A stretch of 64,000 nt of DNA from a virus. Lineage: Duplodnaviria > Caudoviricetes. Below are positions 38,864 through 48,764 of this stretch, one piece after another. Location: positions 11,327 through 75,326 of IMG/VR virus record IMGVR_UViG_3300037418_001301; one strand, written 5' to 3'. Below the pieces are notes generated by a model. The model was not told where the DNA came from. It worked only from the letters and a program-made list of their open reading frames with translations, and ran no database searches. Position numbers and translations under genes: made by a program. The first letter of the stretch is position 1. Each line of letters starts with the position of its first letter.

Positions 38864-39666
38864 TTGATACCAGCGCGCTTTCTGCGCTTCTCTCCGGCTA
38901 TAACAGCCAGACGCCGGCCATTGCTCCGCCCACTGTGGCGCCGACAGCGACCACAAATCCGTTTGCCAAGTTCGCAGGCTTGTTCAATGGCGATACCAAC
39001 TTGGGCGATTACGCTCAAAAGGTCGGCATGGGCCTGTCCAACATGAGCAGCACGGGTGGCGATCCATATCTTGCCTTTGCGCAAGGATTTGGCGGCACTG
39101 CGAAGTTCACCACGGCAGAACAGGCAGCTGCGGCTGCAGCAAAGCAAAAAGAGATCGACAACGCCATTGCTGCGAACAAATTGGCGATGGATCAGAACCA
39201 GTTCGACGCTCGACTAGGGCAGGATCAATCGCAGTTCAATCAGCGGATGGGGCAGGATCAGAGCCAATTCGACACTCGCCAGACACAGCAGGCATCGGAA
39301 TCGGATCGTGACTATGCCCTGAGGCAAGCCGCAGACAAGCGCCAGCAGATGCTTGCCGATCAAGAAGTCAAGAAGTCCGCAGCCGAGATCGAGCGCATGG
39401 CGCGCGGCAATGGGATCACGGTTGATCAACAGCTTCAGATCGAGCGCATCGCGCAGGCTGCGGCTGAGAACATCGTTGACCCGGAAGAGCGCAAGAAGAC
39501 CGTTGATGCAGAGCGTCAGCGCCTGACGGACCAATTCAAAACCGGCGATACCAGTCTCAGCAACGGGCCTGGTGTTTCCGCGCAGGAACAGCAGCCGATG
39601 ACAGCAACTGGCCCGAATGGCGAAAAGCTCGTTCTCAAGAACGGGCAGTGGGTACCGCTCCAATAA
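38860..39666 (+). CDS. putative ejection protein
   Basis: Helical; DQ(S/N)QF repeats; ends GPNGEKLVLKNGQWVP. Confidence 0.7.
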   Translation: MIDTSALSALLSGYNSQTPAIAPPTVAPTATTNPFAKFAGLFNGDTNLGDYAQKVGMGLSNMSSTGGDPYLAFAQGFGGTAKFTTAEQAAAAAAKQKEIDNAIAANKLAMDQNQFDARLGQDQSQFNQRMGQDQSQFDTRQTQQASESDRDYALRQAADKRQQMLADQEVKKSAAEIERMARGNGITVDQQLQIERIAQAAAENIVDPEERKKTVDAERQRLTDQFKTGDTSLSNGPGVSAQEQQPMTATGPNGEKLVLKNGQWVPLQ

Positions 39667-39667
39667 C

Positions 39668-42600
39668 ATGACAGATCAAAGCTTGAACACGGTCGGCGCT
39701 ACTCCGACCGATCTCCCGCCGTTGCCTGAAGGGTTCGCGCTCGACGTGCGCCCTGCTGCGCAGCCGGTAAAGGAGACGGTGAAGGATACGTTCAGCGTGC
39801 CGTCGCTGCCGGATGGATTCAAGCTCGACCAGCCGTCCGCTTCGCCTGTTGGTGATTTCAAGGGCGTTGTCGAGCGTGGCAACATCGACCTCACCAAGCG
39901 TCCCGTTGTAAAGAACGACGATGGTACGATCAGCACCGTCCGTTCCATGTCGTTCGAGGAAAACGGCAAGGAAATCCTCGTTCCGACCGTGAGCGATGAT
40001 GGCAAAATCCTCACCAATGATGAGGCGATCAACCAATACCACAAGACGGGCAAGCATCTTGGCGTCTTCGACAATGCAGATGATGCCACGGCCTACGCAC
40101 AGGCTCTGCATGATGCGCAGGACGCGCACTACAGTGCCGCAAATCCAAAGCCTGTGAATAACGCCCCGGTCGAACAGCAGATGGAGGACTTCGTCAAGAA
40201 GCAGCGCAAGGCTGGCACGCTTGGGACGACCGATAGCCTAGACAAGAACACCGTCAATTTCGCGAAAGGATTGGGCGAAAACATCGTCAAGCTGGAAGGC
40301 TCGGCAGTTCGCGGCATGTCGTTGTTGCCTGGAAATGACCCGGTTGATGATTTTATCTATTGGCTCACAGGCAAGGAAAAGCCTGCCAATTATCCAACGC
40401 CAGAACGGGTGAACAAAGCCACCCAAGAAGTGGCGAAGCAGATGGAGAATGTCGATTTCGGGTTTGATCCCGGCGACACATGGGAGGACGTGAAAAAGGC
40501 CCCAGCCTCAAAATTCATTCCGTGGGCACTGAAGAACGGCTTGCTATCCGCTCCTGATATGGCTGCCATGATGGTTTCATTCCCTGGTTATGCGGCGGTA
40601 AGGGCGGGATCATTGGCCCAACAGCGCGCGCAAAATGACCAGCGCGAGAATGCGACCGTTGGGGATATGCTTGTTGCCCTACCTGCATCGACAGCATCAG
40701 CTCTGCTTGATCGCATCGGTGCCAAGGGAATGTTTGGCATTGATGAAGCCGCAGTCCAAAGCATGAAGCAACTGCTGAAGGAAGGCGGAAAAGCAGCGAC
40801 GAAAGAGGGAACGACCGAAGCTGCGCAGCAAGTTATTGAAGATGTTGCCACGGACGCTGGCACAAAGAAGGGCTTTGACCCGAAACGGACGGCCGAGAAT
40901 GCCTTGGCTTCGTTCGTTGGCGGCTCGGTGTTTGGCGGTGTTACTCGTGGTGTTGAAGGCGCAACGGAACTCAACGCGCATGCCAAGACCGGCAAGGTAG
41001 GTGCCTCCGATCTACCCCCACTCCCAGAGGGCTTCACCCTCGATCCTACAATTCAGAAAACCGACCGTTTGCCTCAAGAAGGCAAGCAGGGCGAAACGGT
41101 TGAGACGTCCGTCCTCCCCGGCCAGGCTCCCGTAACGCGAGACGGCAGCGAGGAGAAGGTTTCGCCTCCCGAATCCTTGCTGCCGTCCATCTCTCCTGAG
41201 GAAAGGGCTATTCTCCGCCGCACTTCCATCCCAGACGAAGATATCGATGCGATGTCGCGGCCGGAGATTGAGCAAAAGGTTGCCGAGGCCCGCGCCGCCA
41301 ATATCAAAGTCAACCCGGCGATGATCAACAAGGCGGCTCAATACAGCCCGCCAGAAGCGGTCACGCCTGCGGACGCCGCACAGCCGCCATTGATCGCAGA
41401 AGCCACTCCTGAACGTCCTGTGGCTGAAAGCGTGCCCATCCCGGAAGCGCGGCCGGTTTTGTCTCCCGAGGATGAGGCGGCACTTCAGGATGCGACGAAA
41501 CAATCCGTGGCCGAAGACCGGCAAGCACAGATCGACCGTGCGGTAAATCCCGAAGTTCAGCAGCAACTTGCAAAAACCGTTCAAGACCAACTTGAGCAGG
41601 ATCGCAATCAGGCCGCTGATCAAGCGCTGGCTTATGCCGAGCCCGATCTTTCGAAGGCCGTCCAGCAGTCGGTTGATGAGGATTTGAAAGGCGATGGAAC
41701 ACGGCAGTCTCCTGTTGTCGTCCAGCAACCGGCCCATATCGATGTCGCTGCTCAGCAGGTCAATACCGAGCCTAGCGATGCCCAAAGAGAGGCAAACAAT
41801 TACAAGCACGGTCACATCAAGATTTCTGGGATCGACATAACGCTTGAGAACCCGAAAGGTTCTTTGCGATCTGGCGTCTCCCCGAAAGGCGAACGCTGGC
41901 AAGTCGAAATGCCAGCCCATTATGGGTATGCAAAGGGCTCTGTGGGACGAGATGGCGATCAGGTAGATACCTATATCGGCGATAACCCGCAGTCCAAGCG
42001 AGTCTATGTCATCGACCAGAAGGATTTGAACACTCGCAGGTTTGATGAGCACAAGGCGGTGCTTGGCGTCAATTCCGTCACTGAGGCGCGTGATCTCTAT
42101 GCGCGTGGCTTCTCCGATGGCATGGGTGCAGACCGCATCGGCGGCATTACCCCGATGACCATTTCCGAATTCAGGAAATGGCTGGCATCGGATGAAACCA
42201 CCAAGCCGCTCGCCATGGGCAAGCCGAAGGTCCGCACCAACGAAGAAGGCTTCCCGATCGACATCAATGGCAACGTCAAGAAGCCCGACAGCCTTATTGA
42301 ATTTCTCGCCCGCAAAGGTGGCGTCCGCGAGGATCATGGCGAACTCTCCGTTCTTGGCCTTCGTGACCGCAAGAGCGGGTTTGTCGTCGGCGCTGGACCA
42401 CTGATCCGCCGTAACGGCATGACAGTGGACAAGGCGCGTGAGGCCGCTGCCGAGGCCGGCTACCTGCCCATGGTGTCTTCACTCAAGGATTTCTACGATG
42501 CGCTGGATCAGGACGCCCGGTCAGGTCGACAGGTTTTTTCGCAGTATGACGATGACCACGCGGCTCGCTGGCGTGAAGCGCAAGGCGGAGAAGCAAGAAA

Positions 42601-45600
42601 AGCAGAAGAAGACGCCTCCCGTAGCGAAGCCTACGACCGCCTGAAAGCAGACGGTTTCCCGGTTGACGAAGGCGCGGACTACGTCGATCGTGTCGCCGCA
42701 CACATGGCCAATGGTCAAACCTACGAAGATGCGGTAGAGTTGGCATACCAGAACATCGGTGCGGAACAGCCAGAAGTCGCCGATATCCCGTTCTTCGGAG
42801 AAGACGTAAATGAAACTGTCGCCGGAACAGCACCTGTCGATCGTGCGCCAAGTCGAGCAGAAGGCGAACGCGACCAACGATCCATCGATTCAAGCTCAAT
42901 TGAAGCGGATCGCCAAACTGGGCAGGTTCGTGGCGAAGGTGGGCCGGAAGTATCGGGCAGCCGAGGCGAGCAAGACGGCGGACGCGGCGATCAGCAAGGC
43001 ACGGCTCAGCGCGAAAAGTCTCAGCCGCAAGAGCCTGTAGCCGAGCGCGGCGCTCTTCCGTCCGGATTCACGACATCGATGGGTTCGACGTATACCGTTC
43101 ATGAGGACGGCACAACTACCCGCGACAAGGCCGCTCGAAGCACTCCCGGCCATGAAGGCGACAGCGGGCTAAAGGCTCGAACCGAAAAGACCATTTACAC
43201 GGATGCGAATGCTGGCGCACTGAGCGCGGCGGGCCTGACGTTTGCCCCCGGCAGCAAGGGCGCGCGTGTAGTCATCAGGAATGGCAAGGCATCGCTCGCT
43301 ACATGGAACGTGAAGGAAAACCGTTGGGGCGTTTCCGAGGGTAGCCGTGATATCCAGTTCTTCAATGAGCCTGCGGTTGGCCGCTACCCGTTGGAACTCT
43401 GGAAGTCTGCGGATGATGTTCCCGGTTACGAAGCCTATGCGAAGATGCATGCCGGCAACAAGATCACAGAGATTTCCAGTGGCAAGGAGCCCGTAAGCGA
43501 AGCCGGAGCAGACAACAAGCAGCAACTCGTCATTCCCGGAGCAGAGCGAGCCTCTGACGCGACTATGGCTCAACGCGGGGCAGATGCCGCCCTCAAGCCA
43601 AAGGTCGCGCAGAAGGAGCCCGCTGGGCTGTTTAGCGATGAGCGGAACCAGGGCGACTTGCTGGATTTGGCGAAGAAGCCAGCTCAGCGCGAGGAAGCTA
43701 AGGTTGAGCCCGCAGAGCCGGAAGCCAAAGCCGCCACGTCGGAAGAGCCAAAGAAGCTTGTCCCGCCGTCAGTCGTCTATCACGGCACGTCAACAGGCGG
43801 ATTCGATGCCTTCGACACATACCAGGGCAAATACGGCCTATTCGGTAGCGGTGGCTATTTCACCGAAGATCCAAACATCGCGCTCGAATACACCCGCAAG
43901 GGCAGGGGCGAGAAGCCGACGGTCTATTCCGCCAAACTCAATGTCAAAAACGCGTTGGACATGGACGCCAAGGCCGATGTTGCGGCTTGGGAGAAAGCGT
44001 TCCCAGACCATTTCGACCCGGATAACCTTCCCGAGAATGCCACCAACGAGCAGGCCTATCGCGAAGTCGAAGAAATGCTCTCGCAGGATATGATCCCTGA
44101 CTACGAGGGCGCCGAGACCATGCAGGACGGCGTTCAGAGCATGGGTTATGACGCCATCACGCATATCGGTGGTGGTCGTCACAAGGCTTCCAAAGGTACG
44201 AAGCACCGTGTTTGGATCGTGTTTGATCCTGAACAGGTCACCAATTTCAAGGAAGAGGAACGGCATTATTCGGCAAATCCAGCCGGCTGGGATACCGCTG
44301 GCGAAATGGACGCCAAGCCGCTGCTCTCGAAAGCCGATCAGCGGGAACTCGTAGATATCGTCCGCACCACGGCTGGCCTCGACCCCGAATTTGTCGATAC
44401 GATCAAAATCCCCGAAGGTGGCGCAAAGGGTTGGGGCAATCTAAATTCTTCAACGGCAGCCGGCGCTTACAGCCCGATGCGCGATATCGTCACGCTTGCG
44501 CTCGACAGCGCGACCAAAAAATCCGCCCAACACGAATCCTTCCATCGCCTTCAAAACCTGTTCCTCACCGAAAAAGAGCGCAGGGTTCTGAAAGCAGAAG
44601 AGCCTCGCCTGCGGAAGATGATTGCCGACAGCACTACCTACGGGCAAGATGTTGCCGCCAAGATGAGCCGCAAGGAAGTCGAAGCGGAAGCCTACGCCAT
44701 GTGGGCAACAGCGAAGAAAAAGCAGGAATCCGCGCCGAAAATCCATATCGCGCTGCGCAAAGCGTGGAACAGCATTGCCACCATGCTTGAGCGCGTCCGC
44801 AATTACCTCAATGGGCGTGGTTTCCAGACTTTGGAGGACGTGTTTGGCAAGGCGAAAACGGGTGAGATTGCCAAGCGCCCAAAGCGCCAAAGCCAGAGCA
44901 CTGATACGCAATATGCGATCACGGACGAGCGCGGCCCTGTTGCCGAACCGGATACCGGCACCGTCACTCCAGGCGCTGCCATCGGCACCCGTATCAACGA
45001 TTATCTCAACGCCGCCAGCAAGGCGCTTGCCTCAAAGATCAAATCCAAGGGCAGCCGTTTTGATCGCTCAACAGCAGAAGACGGAGAAACCACCGCCCAG
45101 CTCGCGCACCGCAAGATCGTGGACTATCTCTCCCCGGTAAAGCAGATGCAGGAGAAGGTTGGCGGCAACCTCAATGATCTGGCAAACGCCTATCAGACGG
45201 CTCGGCTGGCGGAAGGAACGATCCGCCACGAAATCCACCAGATCGATGACAAGTACGTAACGCCTGCCGTTGATGCACTGGCAGCCGTAGGAGCATCACT
45301 GGAGGACTTGCACAAGTACATGTACGCCATGCACGTCCCGGAGCGTAACCGTGTCGTAGGGCTGCGCAATGGTGAGGAAGGCAAGCAGATCGAATTTTCG
45401 GAAGTTGATGGAACGTGGAAGATCGGTAGCGGGCCGGTAAGTGACGGGAAACGGGAGCAGTTATTCCGTGCAGCTACTGACCCAACTGTCCGCGGCGCGT
45501 CTGGTATGTCCACCAATGAGGCAAAGGACATCATCCGCGAACTCTCCCAAGATCGTGAAAAGTTCATGGGCATCCGCCGTGCGGCCTCGCATATCCGCGC

Positions 45601-47848
45601 CATGCTCGACAACTCGCTTGAGACGCAGCTCAAGAACGGCCTAATCAACAAGGAAACCTATGACCGCCTGACAAGCCAATGGCAGAACTATGTTCCGCTC
45701 CGCGCCGAAAGCGATGAGGACGGCGTAGGCGGCTCGTTCCCGTCCAAGTCTCGCGGCTTCGATGTCCGCGGCGACGAATTCAAGGGCGCAACGGGAAGAT
45801 TCACGCCGGCTGACAACGTTGTGGTCTACTCCATCAACAACGCCGAGCAGAGCGTTATTCGTGGCGAAAAGAACAAGGCTGCCACCGCAGCGCTGCGCTT
45901 CATCAACCAGTTCGATCCAAAGGGCGAAAACATCGCACAGGTCTATTGGTCAGATCAGCCGGAGCAGTTGGGCGATATCACCAAGGCCCCGGCCGTTTAT
46001 CGCCGGGTGATCGGTTCGGATGGCAAGGTTACTCAGCGCAAGGTCAATGACTTCCAGATGCGTGACGATGTCTTGGCCGCAAAGGTGGGCGGAAAGACGT
46101 ACTACATGCGCTTTGCCGACCCCAAAGTGGGCTTGGCGCTCAAGAAGATGACGTTCTCGGAATTGGGTGTTGCGCTCAAACTGGTAAAGACCGTCTCCAA
46201 CTGGCAATCGCTTATCAACACCAGGGCGAATCCGGCTTTCATCCCTCTCAACCTAATCCGCGACGTTCAGACCGGCGCTACTCTGGCCCTTTCAAAGGGC
46301 TTCAGCACGGGCGAGATAGCCAAGACCGTCGGCAATATCCCGAATGCTTGGGGCGCTCTCTGGCGTCATGCTCGTGGCAAAGAAGGCAATGGCGTCTGGG
46401 ATACCCGCTTGCAGGACTTCATGTCAGCCGGCGGCAAGATTTCCTTTGATCAATACAATTCGATCGAAGACACCCTCAAGAAATTGCAAAAGGACGTGGC
46501 ACGGCGCACGGGCGGCAGCAAGCCGAAAGAGGCATGGAATGCCGTCGTCAAGCTGGTTACGGATCTGAACGACACGATCGAGAACGGCATGCGCCTGGCC
46601 GTCTTCAGTGCCAGCCGAGCACGGGGAGATACGTCTAAACAGGCAGCATTCCTCGCTCGTGACCTCACCGTCGATTTCCAGAAGAAGGGCGAAATCGCGC
46701 CGAGCATGAATGCGCTCTACACCTTCTTCAATGCATCGGTGCAGGGCAATTATAACTTCGCCAAAGGCTTGGTCCGGTCACGCAAGGTCCGCGCCGCGAT
46801 GATGGGCCTGATCGTTGCCGGCTATGCGCAGCATCTCTGGAACCTCGCCATGGCCGGCGATGACGACGATGGCGAGAATGCCTACAAGAAAATGCTCCGC
46901 AATGAGCCGTGGAAGTTCGAACGGCAGATGGTGTTCTTCCTGCCTGGTCGAAAGGATTACATCACGATCCCACTCGGTTTCGGGCTCAACGCCTTCTGGC
47001 ATCTCGGGGTAGAGGGCGGCGCGGTGACTTCTGGAGTAAAGGGTTTCCTGCCTGCTGCGCTCGATAGTACCCGCGTTGCCTTCGATGCATTCAATCCGCT
47101 CGGCTCTGGTGGATGGGTTGGCATGGTGCTGCCATCGATCATCGACCCGATCTGGGAACTTGGCACCAACCAGGATTTCACGGGGCGACCGATCTATCCG
47201 AGCGAAAACCAGTTCGACCCGGCACCGCCCCCGAAAAGCGAGCAGGCGTTCAAATCTACCGCCCCAGCCTTCAAGGTTGCAGCGAAAACGCTCAACAGCC
47301 TTACGGGCGGCAACGACAAGGAACCAGGCGCGGTCGATGTCTACCCGGACTCGCTCGAATATCTCTGGGGCTGGTTTTCTGGCGGCTTGGGCCGGTTTGT
47401 CTCTCAGTCCGGAGAAACCGCGCAACGCGCTGTCAATCTGGAGTTCGAGCCCAAAAAGACGCCATTCATCCGCTCTTTCTATGGCGAGACGGACGACCAG
47501 ACCCATCGCGCCGAATACTACAACGAGCGCGAACGGGTCCAATACGCCGCTGGCAAGATGAAAGAATATGAGGATGCCGGGAACAAGGAAGACACGGCTA
47601 ATTTCTTGGCAAGCCACAAGCAGGACCTTGATTCCGCCTATGCATTCGAACAGGCCGAAAAGCAGCGCAAAAAGATCAACAAAGAGCGCCGCCAGCTCGA
47701 AAAGTCGAAAATGCCGCAGGATAAGATCGACAACGAGTTAGATCGCCTGAACGATCTTGAACTTGAAATCATGGACGACGCCCGCAAGGAGTATTTCAAG
47801 GCTCAGCAGAAAGCCGCAGCGAAGGATCAATTGCAACAAGCGCAGTGA
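39668..47848 (+). CDS. giant polyvalent internal virion protein (PPase-like, ART-like, zincin-like and LPD38-like domains)
   Basis: 2726 aa from ATG 39668; ANNYKHGH...YGYAKGSVGRDGDQVDTYIG; YHGTS...GGYFTED; HESFH; DLTVDFQKKG...ALYTFFNASVQG. Confidence 0.85.
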   Translation: MTDQSLNTVGATPTDLPPLPEGFALDVRPAAQPVKETVKDTFSVPSLPDGFKLDQPSASPVGDFKGVVERGNIDLTKRPVVKNDDGTISTVRSMSFEENGKEILVPTVSDDGKILTNDEAINQYHKTGKHLGVFDNADDATAYAQALHDAQDAHYSAANPKPVNNAPVEQQMEDFVKKQRKAGTLGTTDSLDKNTVNFAKGLGENIVKLEGSAVRGMSLLPGNDPVDDFIYWLTGKEKPANYPTPERVNKATQEVAKQMENVDFGFDPGDTWEDVKKAPASKFIPWALKNGLLSAPDMAAMMVSFPGYAAVRAGSLAQQRAQNDQRENATVGDMLVALPASTASALLDRIGAKGMFGIDEAAVQSMKQLLKEGGKAATKEGTTEAAQQVIEDVATDAGTKKGFDPKRTAENALASFVGGSVFGGVTRGVEGATELNAHAKTGKVGASDLPPLPEGFTLDPTIQKTDRLPQEGKQGETVETSVLPGQAPVTRDGSEEKVSPPESLLPSISPEERAILRRTSIPDEDIDAMSRPEIEQKVAEARAANIKVNPAMINKAAQYSPPEAVTPADAAQPPLIAEATPERPVAESVPIPEARPVLSPEDEAALQDATKQSVAEDRQAQIDRAVNPEVQQQLAKTVQDQLEQDRNQAADQALAYAEPDLSKAVQQSVDEDLKGDGTRQSPVVVQQPAHIDVAAQQVNTEPSDAQREANNYKHGHIKISGIDITLENPKGSLRSGVSPKGERWQVEMPAHYGYAKGSVGRDGDQVDTYIGDNPQSKRVYVIDQKDLNTRRFDEHKAVLGVNSVTEARDLYARGFSDGMGADRIGGITPMTISEFRKWLASDETTKPLAMGKPKVRTNEEGFPIDINGNVKKPDSLIEFLARKGGVREDHGELSVLGLRDRKSGFVVGAGPLIRRNGMTVDKAREAAAEAGYLPMVSSLKDFYDALDQDARSGRQVFSQYDDDHAARWREAQGGEARKAEEDASRSEAYDRLKADGFPVDEGADYVDRVAAHMANGQTYEDAVELAYQNIGAEQPEVADIPFFGEDVNETVAGTAPVDRAPSRAEGERDQRSIDSSSIEADRQTGQVRGEGGPEVSGSRGEQDGGRGDQQGTAQREKSQPQEPVAERGALPSGFTTSMGSTYTVHEDGTTTRDKAARSTPGHEGDSGLKARTEKTIYTDANAGALSAAGLTFAPGSKGARVVIRNGKASLATWNVKENRWGVSEGSRDIQFFNEPAVGRYPLELWKSADDVPGYEAYAKMHAGNKITEISSGKEPVSEAGADNKQQLVIPGAERASDATMAQRGADAALKPKVAQKEPAGLFSDERNQGDLLDLAKKPAQREEAKVEPAEPEAKAATSEEPKKLVPPSVVYHGTSTGGFDAFDTYQGKYGLFGSGGYFTEDPNIALEYTRKGRGEKPTVYSAKLNVKNALDMDAKADVAAWEKAFPDHFDPDNLPENATNEQAYREVEEMLSQDMIPDYEGAETMQDGVQSMGYDAITHIGGGRHKASKGTKHRVWIVFDPEQVTNFKEEERHYSANPAGWDTAGEMDAKPLLSKADQRELVDIVRTTAGLDPEFVDTIKIPEGGAKGWGNLNSSTAAGAYSPMRDIVTLALDSATKKSAQHESFHRLQNLFLTEKERRVLKAEEPRLRKMIADSTTYGQDVAAKMSRKEVEAEAYAMWATAKKKQESAPKIHIALRKAWNSIATMLERVRNYLNGRGFQTLEDVFGKAKTGEIAKRPKRQSQSTDTQYAITDERGPVAEPDTGTVTPGAAIGTRINDYLNAASKALASKIKSKGSRFDRSTAEDGETTAQLAHRKIVDYLSPVKQMQEKVGGNLNDLANAYQTARLAEGTIRHEIHQIDDKYVTPAVDALAAVGASLEDLHKYMYAMHVPERNRVVGLRNGEEGKQIEFSEVDGTWKIGSGPVSDGKREQLFRAATDPTVRGASGMSTNEAKDIIRELSQDREKFMGIRRAASHIRAMLDNSLETQLKNGLINKETYDRLTSQWQNYVPLRAESDEDGVGGSFPSKSRGFDVRGDEFKGATGRFTPADNVVVYSINNAEQSVIRGEKNKAATAALRFINQFDPKGENIAQVYWSDQPEQLGDITKAPAVYRRVIGSDGKVTQRKVNDFQMRDDVLAAKVGGKTYYMRFADPKVGLALKKMTFSELGVALKLVKTVSNWQSLINTRANPAFIPLNLIRDVQTGATLALSKGFSTGEIAKTVGNIPNAWGALWRHARGKEGNGVWDTRLQDFMSAGGKISFDQYNSIEDTLKKLQKDVARRTGGSKPKEAWNAVVKLVTDLNDTIENGMRLAVFSASRARGDTSKQAAFLARDLTVDFQKKGEIAPSMNALYTFFNASVQGNYNFAKGLVRSRKVRAAMMGLIVAGYAQHLWNLAMAGDDDDGENAYKKMLRNEPWKFERQMVFFLPGRKDYITIPLGFGLNAFWHLGVEGGAVTSGVKGFLPAALDSTRVAFDAFNPLGSGGWVGMVLPSIIDPIWELGTNQDFTGRPIYPSENQFDPAPPPKSEQAFKSTAPAFKVAAKTLNSLTGGNDKEPGAVDVYPDSLEYLWGWFSGGLGRFVSQSGETAQRAVNLEFEPKKTPFIRSFYGETDDQTHRAEYYNERERVQYAAGKMKEYEDAGNKEDTANFLASHKQDLDSAYAFEQAEKQRKKINKERRQLEKSKMPQDKIDNELDRLNDLELEIMDDARKEYFKAQQKAAAKDQLQQAQ

Positions 47849-48699
47849 CGATCTATGTTAGTTGCATGCGCTTGTTGAACATTTTCCTCGGTATTGCCCT
47901 CCTGTCCGCCTCTTCGTCGGCGGAAGCGGCTTCTTTCAGCCATTCGTATGACAAAACTGGGAACCCAGTTGTCAATCTGAGTGGCGAGATACTGCCCGGC
48001 GACGATCTGAAGTTTGCCTCCGCCATCGGTGGGGATGATCACCTCACAATATCGCTGAACAGTTTTGGCGGCGACACCCTGGCGGCTCTGGCGATTGGAC
48101 GGCAGATCAGGAGCAAAAAATACTCCACAGTGGTTCCTTCTGGGGCCATCTGTGGATCGGCATGCGCCCTGATCTGGCTTGCTGGCGAGAGAAGGATACT
48201 CTCTGGCACTGCAAGAGTAGGCTTCCATGGGGCATTCAGGAAGCAGGGCAGCGCGTATGTCGTCAGCCCAGAAGGGGATGCCCTGATTGGCGCGTATCTC
48301 AATTGGTTGGGATATGGGGTTGCCGCCATCGTGTATTTTACGGAATCGCCGCAGGACAAGGCGCACTGGTTAAGTCCTGACGCCGCAAAGCGGATCGGTT
48401 TTGTCTATGAGCAAGAACCGCAGGCCGAAAACACTTCGACCTTGAACATCATGGTCAAGCCTGAAAGACGTCCGCGGTTGATGACTGACTGGATGCCGCC
48501 TGGCAAGGGGGTTGAAATCCCCTATGAGGCGTACATCACCTACAGCAACCGCACCTTTTTCGCCTGCCAGTCGAGTTGCCAGAACGACCCGATGTGCAAG
48601 GCGATAAACTACGGCAAAGACGGATCGTGCAGCCTTCTCGATGGCAGTTCGTTCGGCCATCCGAACGAATACATGACTTCTTGGGAGCGGAAGAACTAA
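47845..48699 (+). CDS. exported protein, ClpP/crotonase-like domain plus PAN/apple domain (moron)
   Basis: Signal peptide; LNSFGG...CGSACALIWLAG.RR...VGFH; C-terminal CQSSCQNDPMCKAINY..GSC. Confidence 0.75.
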   Translation: MTIYVSCMRLLNIFLGIALLSASSSAEAASFSHSYDKTGNPVVNLSGEILPGDDLKFASAIGGDDHLTISLNSFGGDTLAALAIGRQIRSKKYSTVVPSGAICGSACALIWLAGERRILSGTARVGFHGAFRKQGSAYVVSPEGDALIGAYLNWLGYGVAAIVYFTESPQDKAHWLSPDAAKRIGFVYEQEPQAENTSTLNIMVKPERRPRLMTDWMPPGKGVEIPYEAYITYSNRTFFACQSSCQNDPMCKAINYGKDGSCSLLDGSSFGHPNEYMTSWERKN

Positions 48700-48726
48700 A
48701 ACCGCTCACGTCTAAAAGACAGCAAC

Positions 48727-48749
48727 AGGCTCCTTCGGGAGCCTTTTTT
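48727..48749 (+). terminator. intrinsic terminator
   Basis: AGGCTCC-TTCG-GGAGCCT followed by a T run. Confidence 0.85.
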
Positions 48750-48764
48750 GTTTGGGAAAATTGA

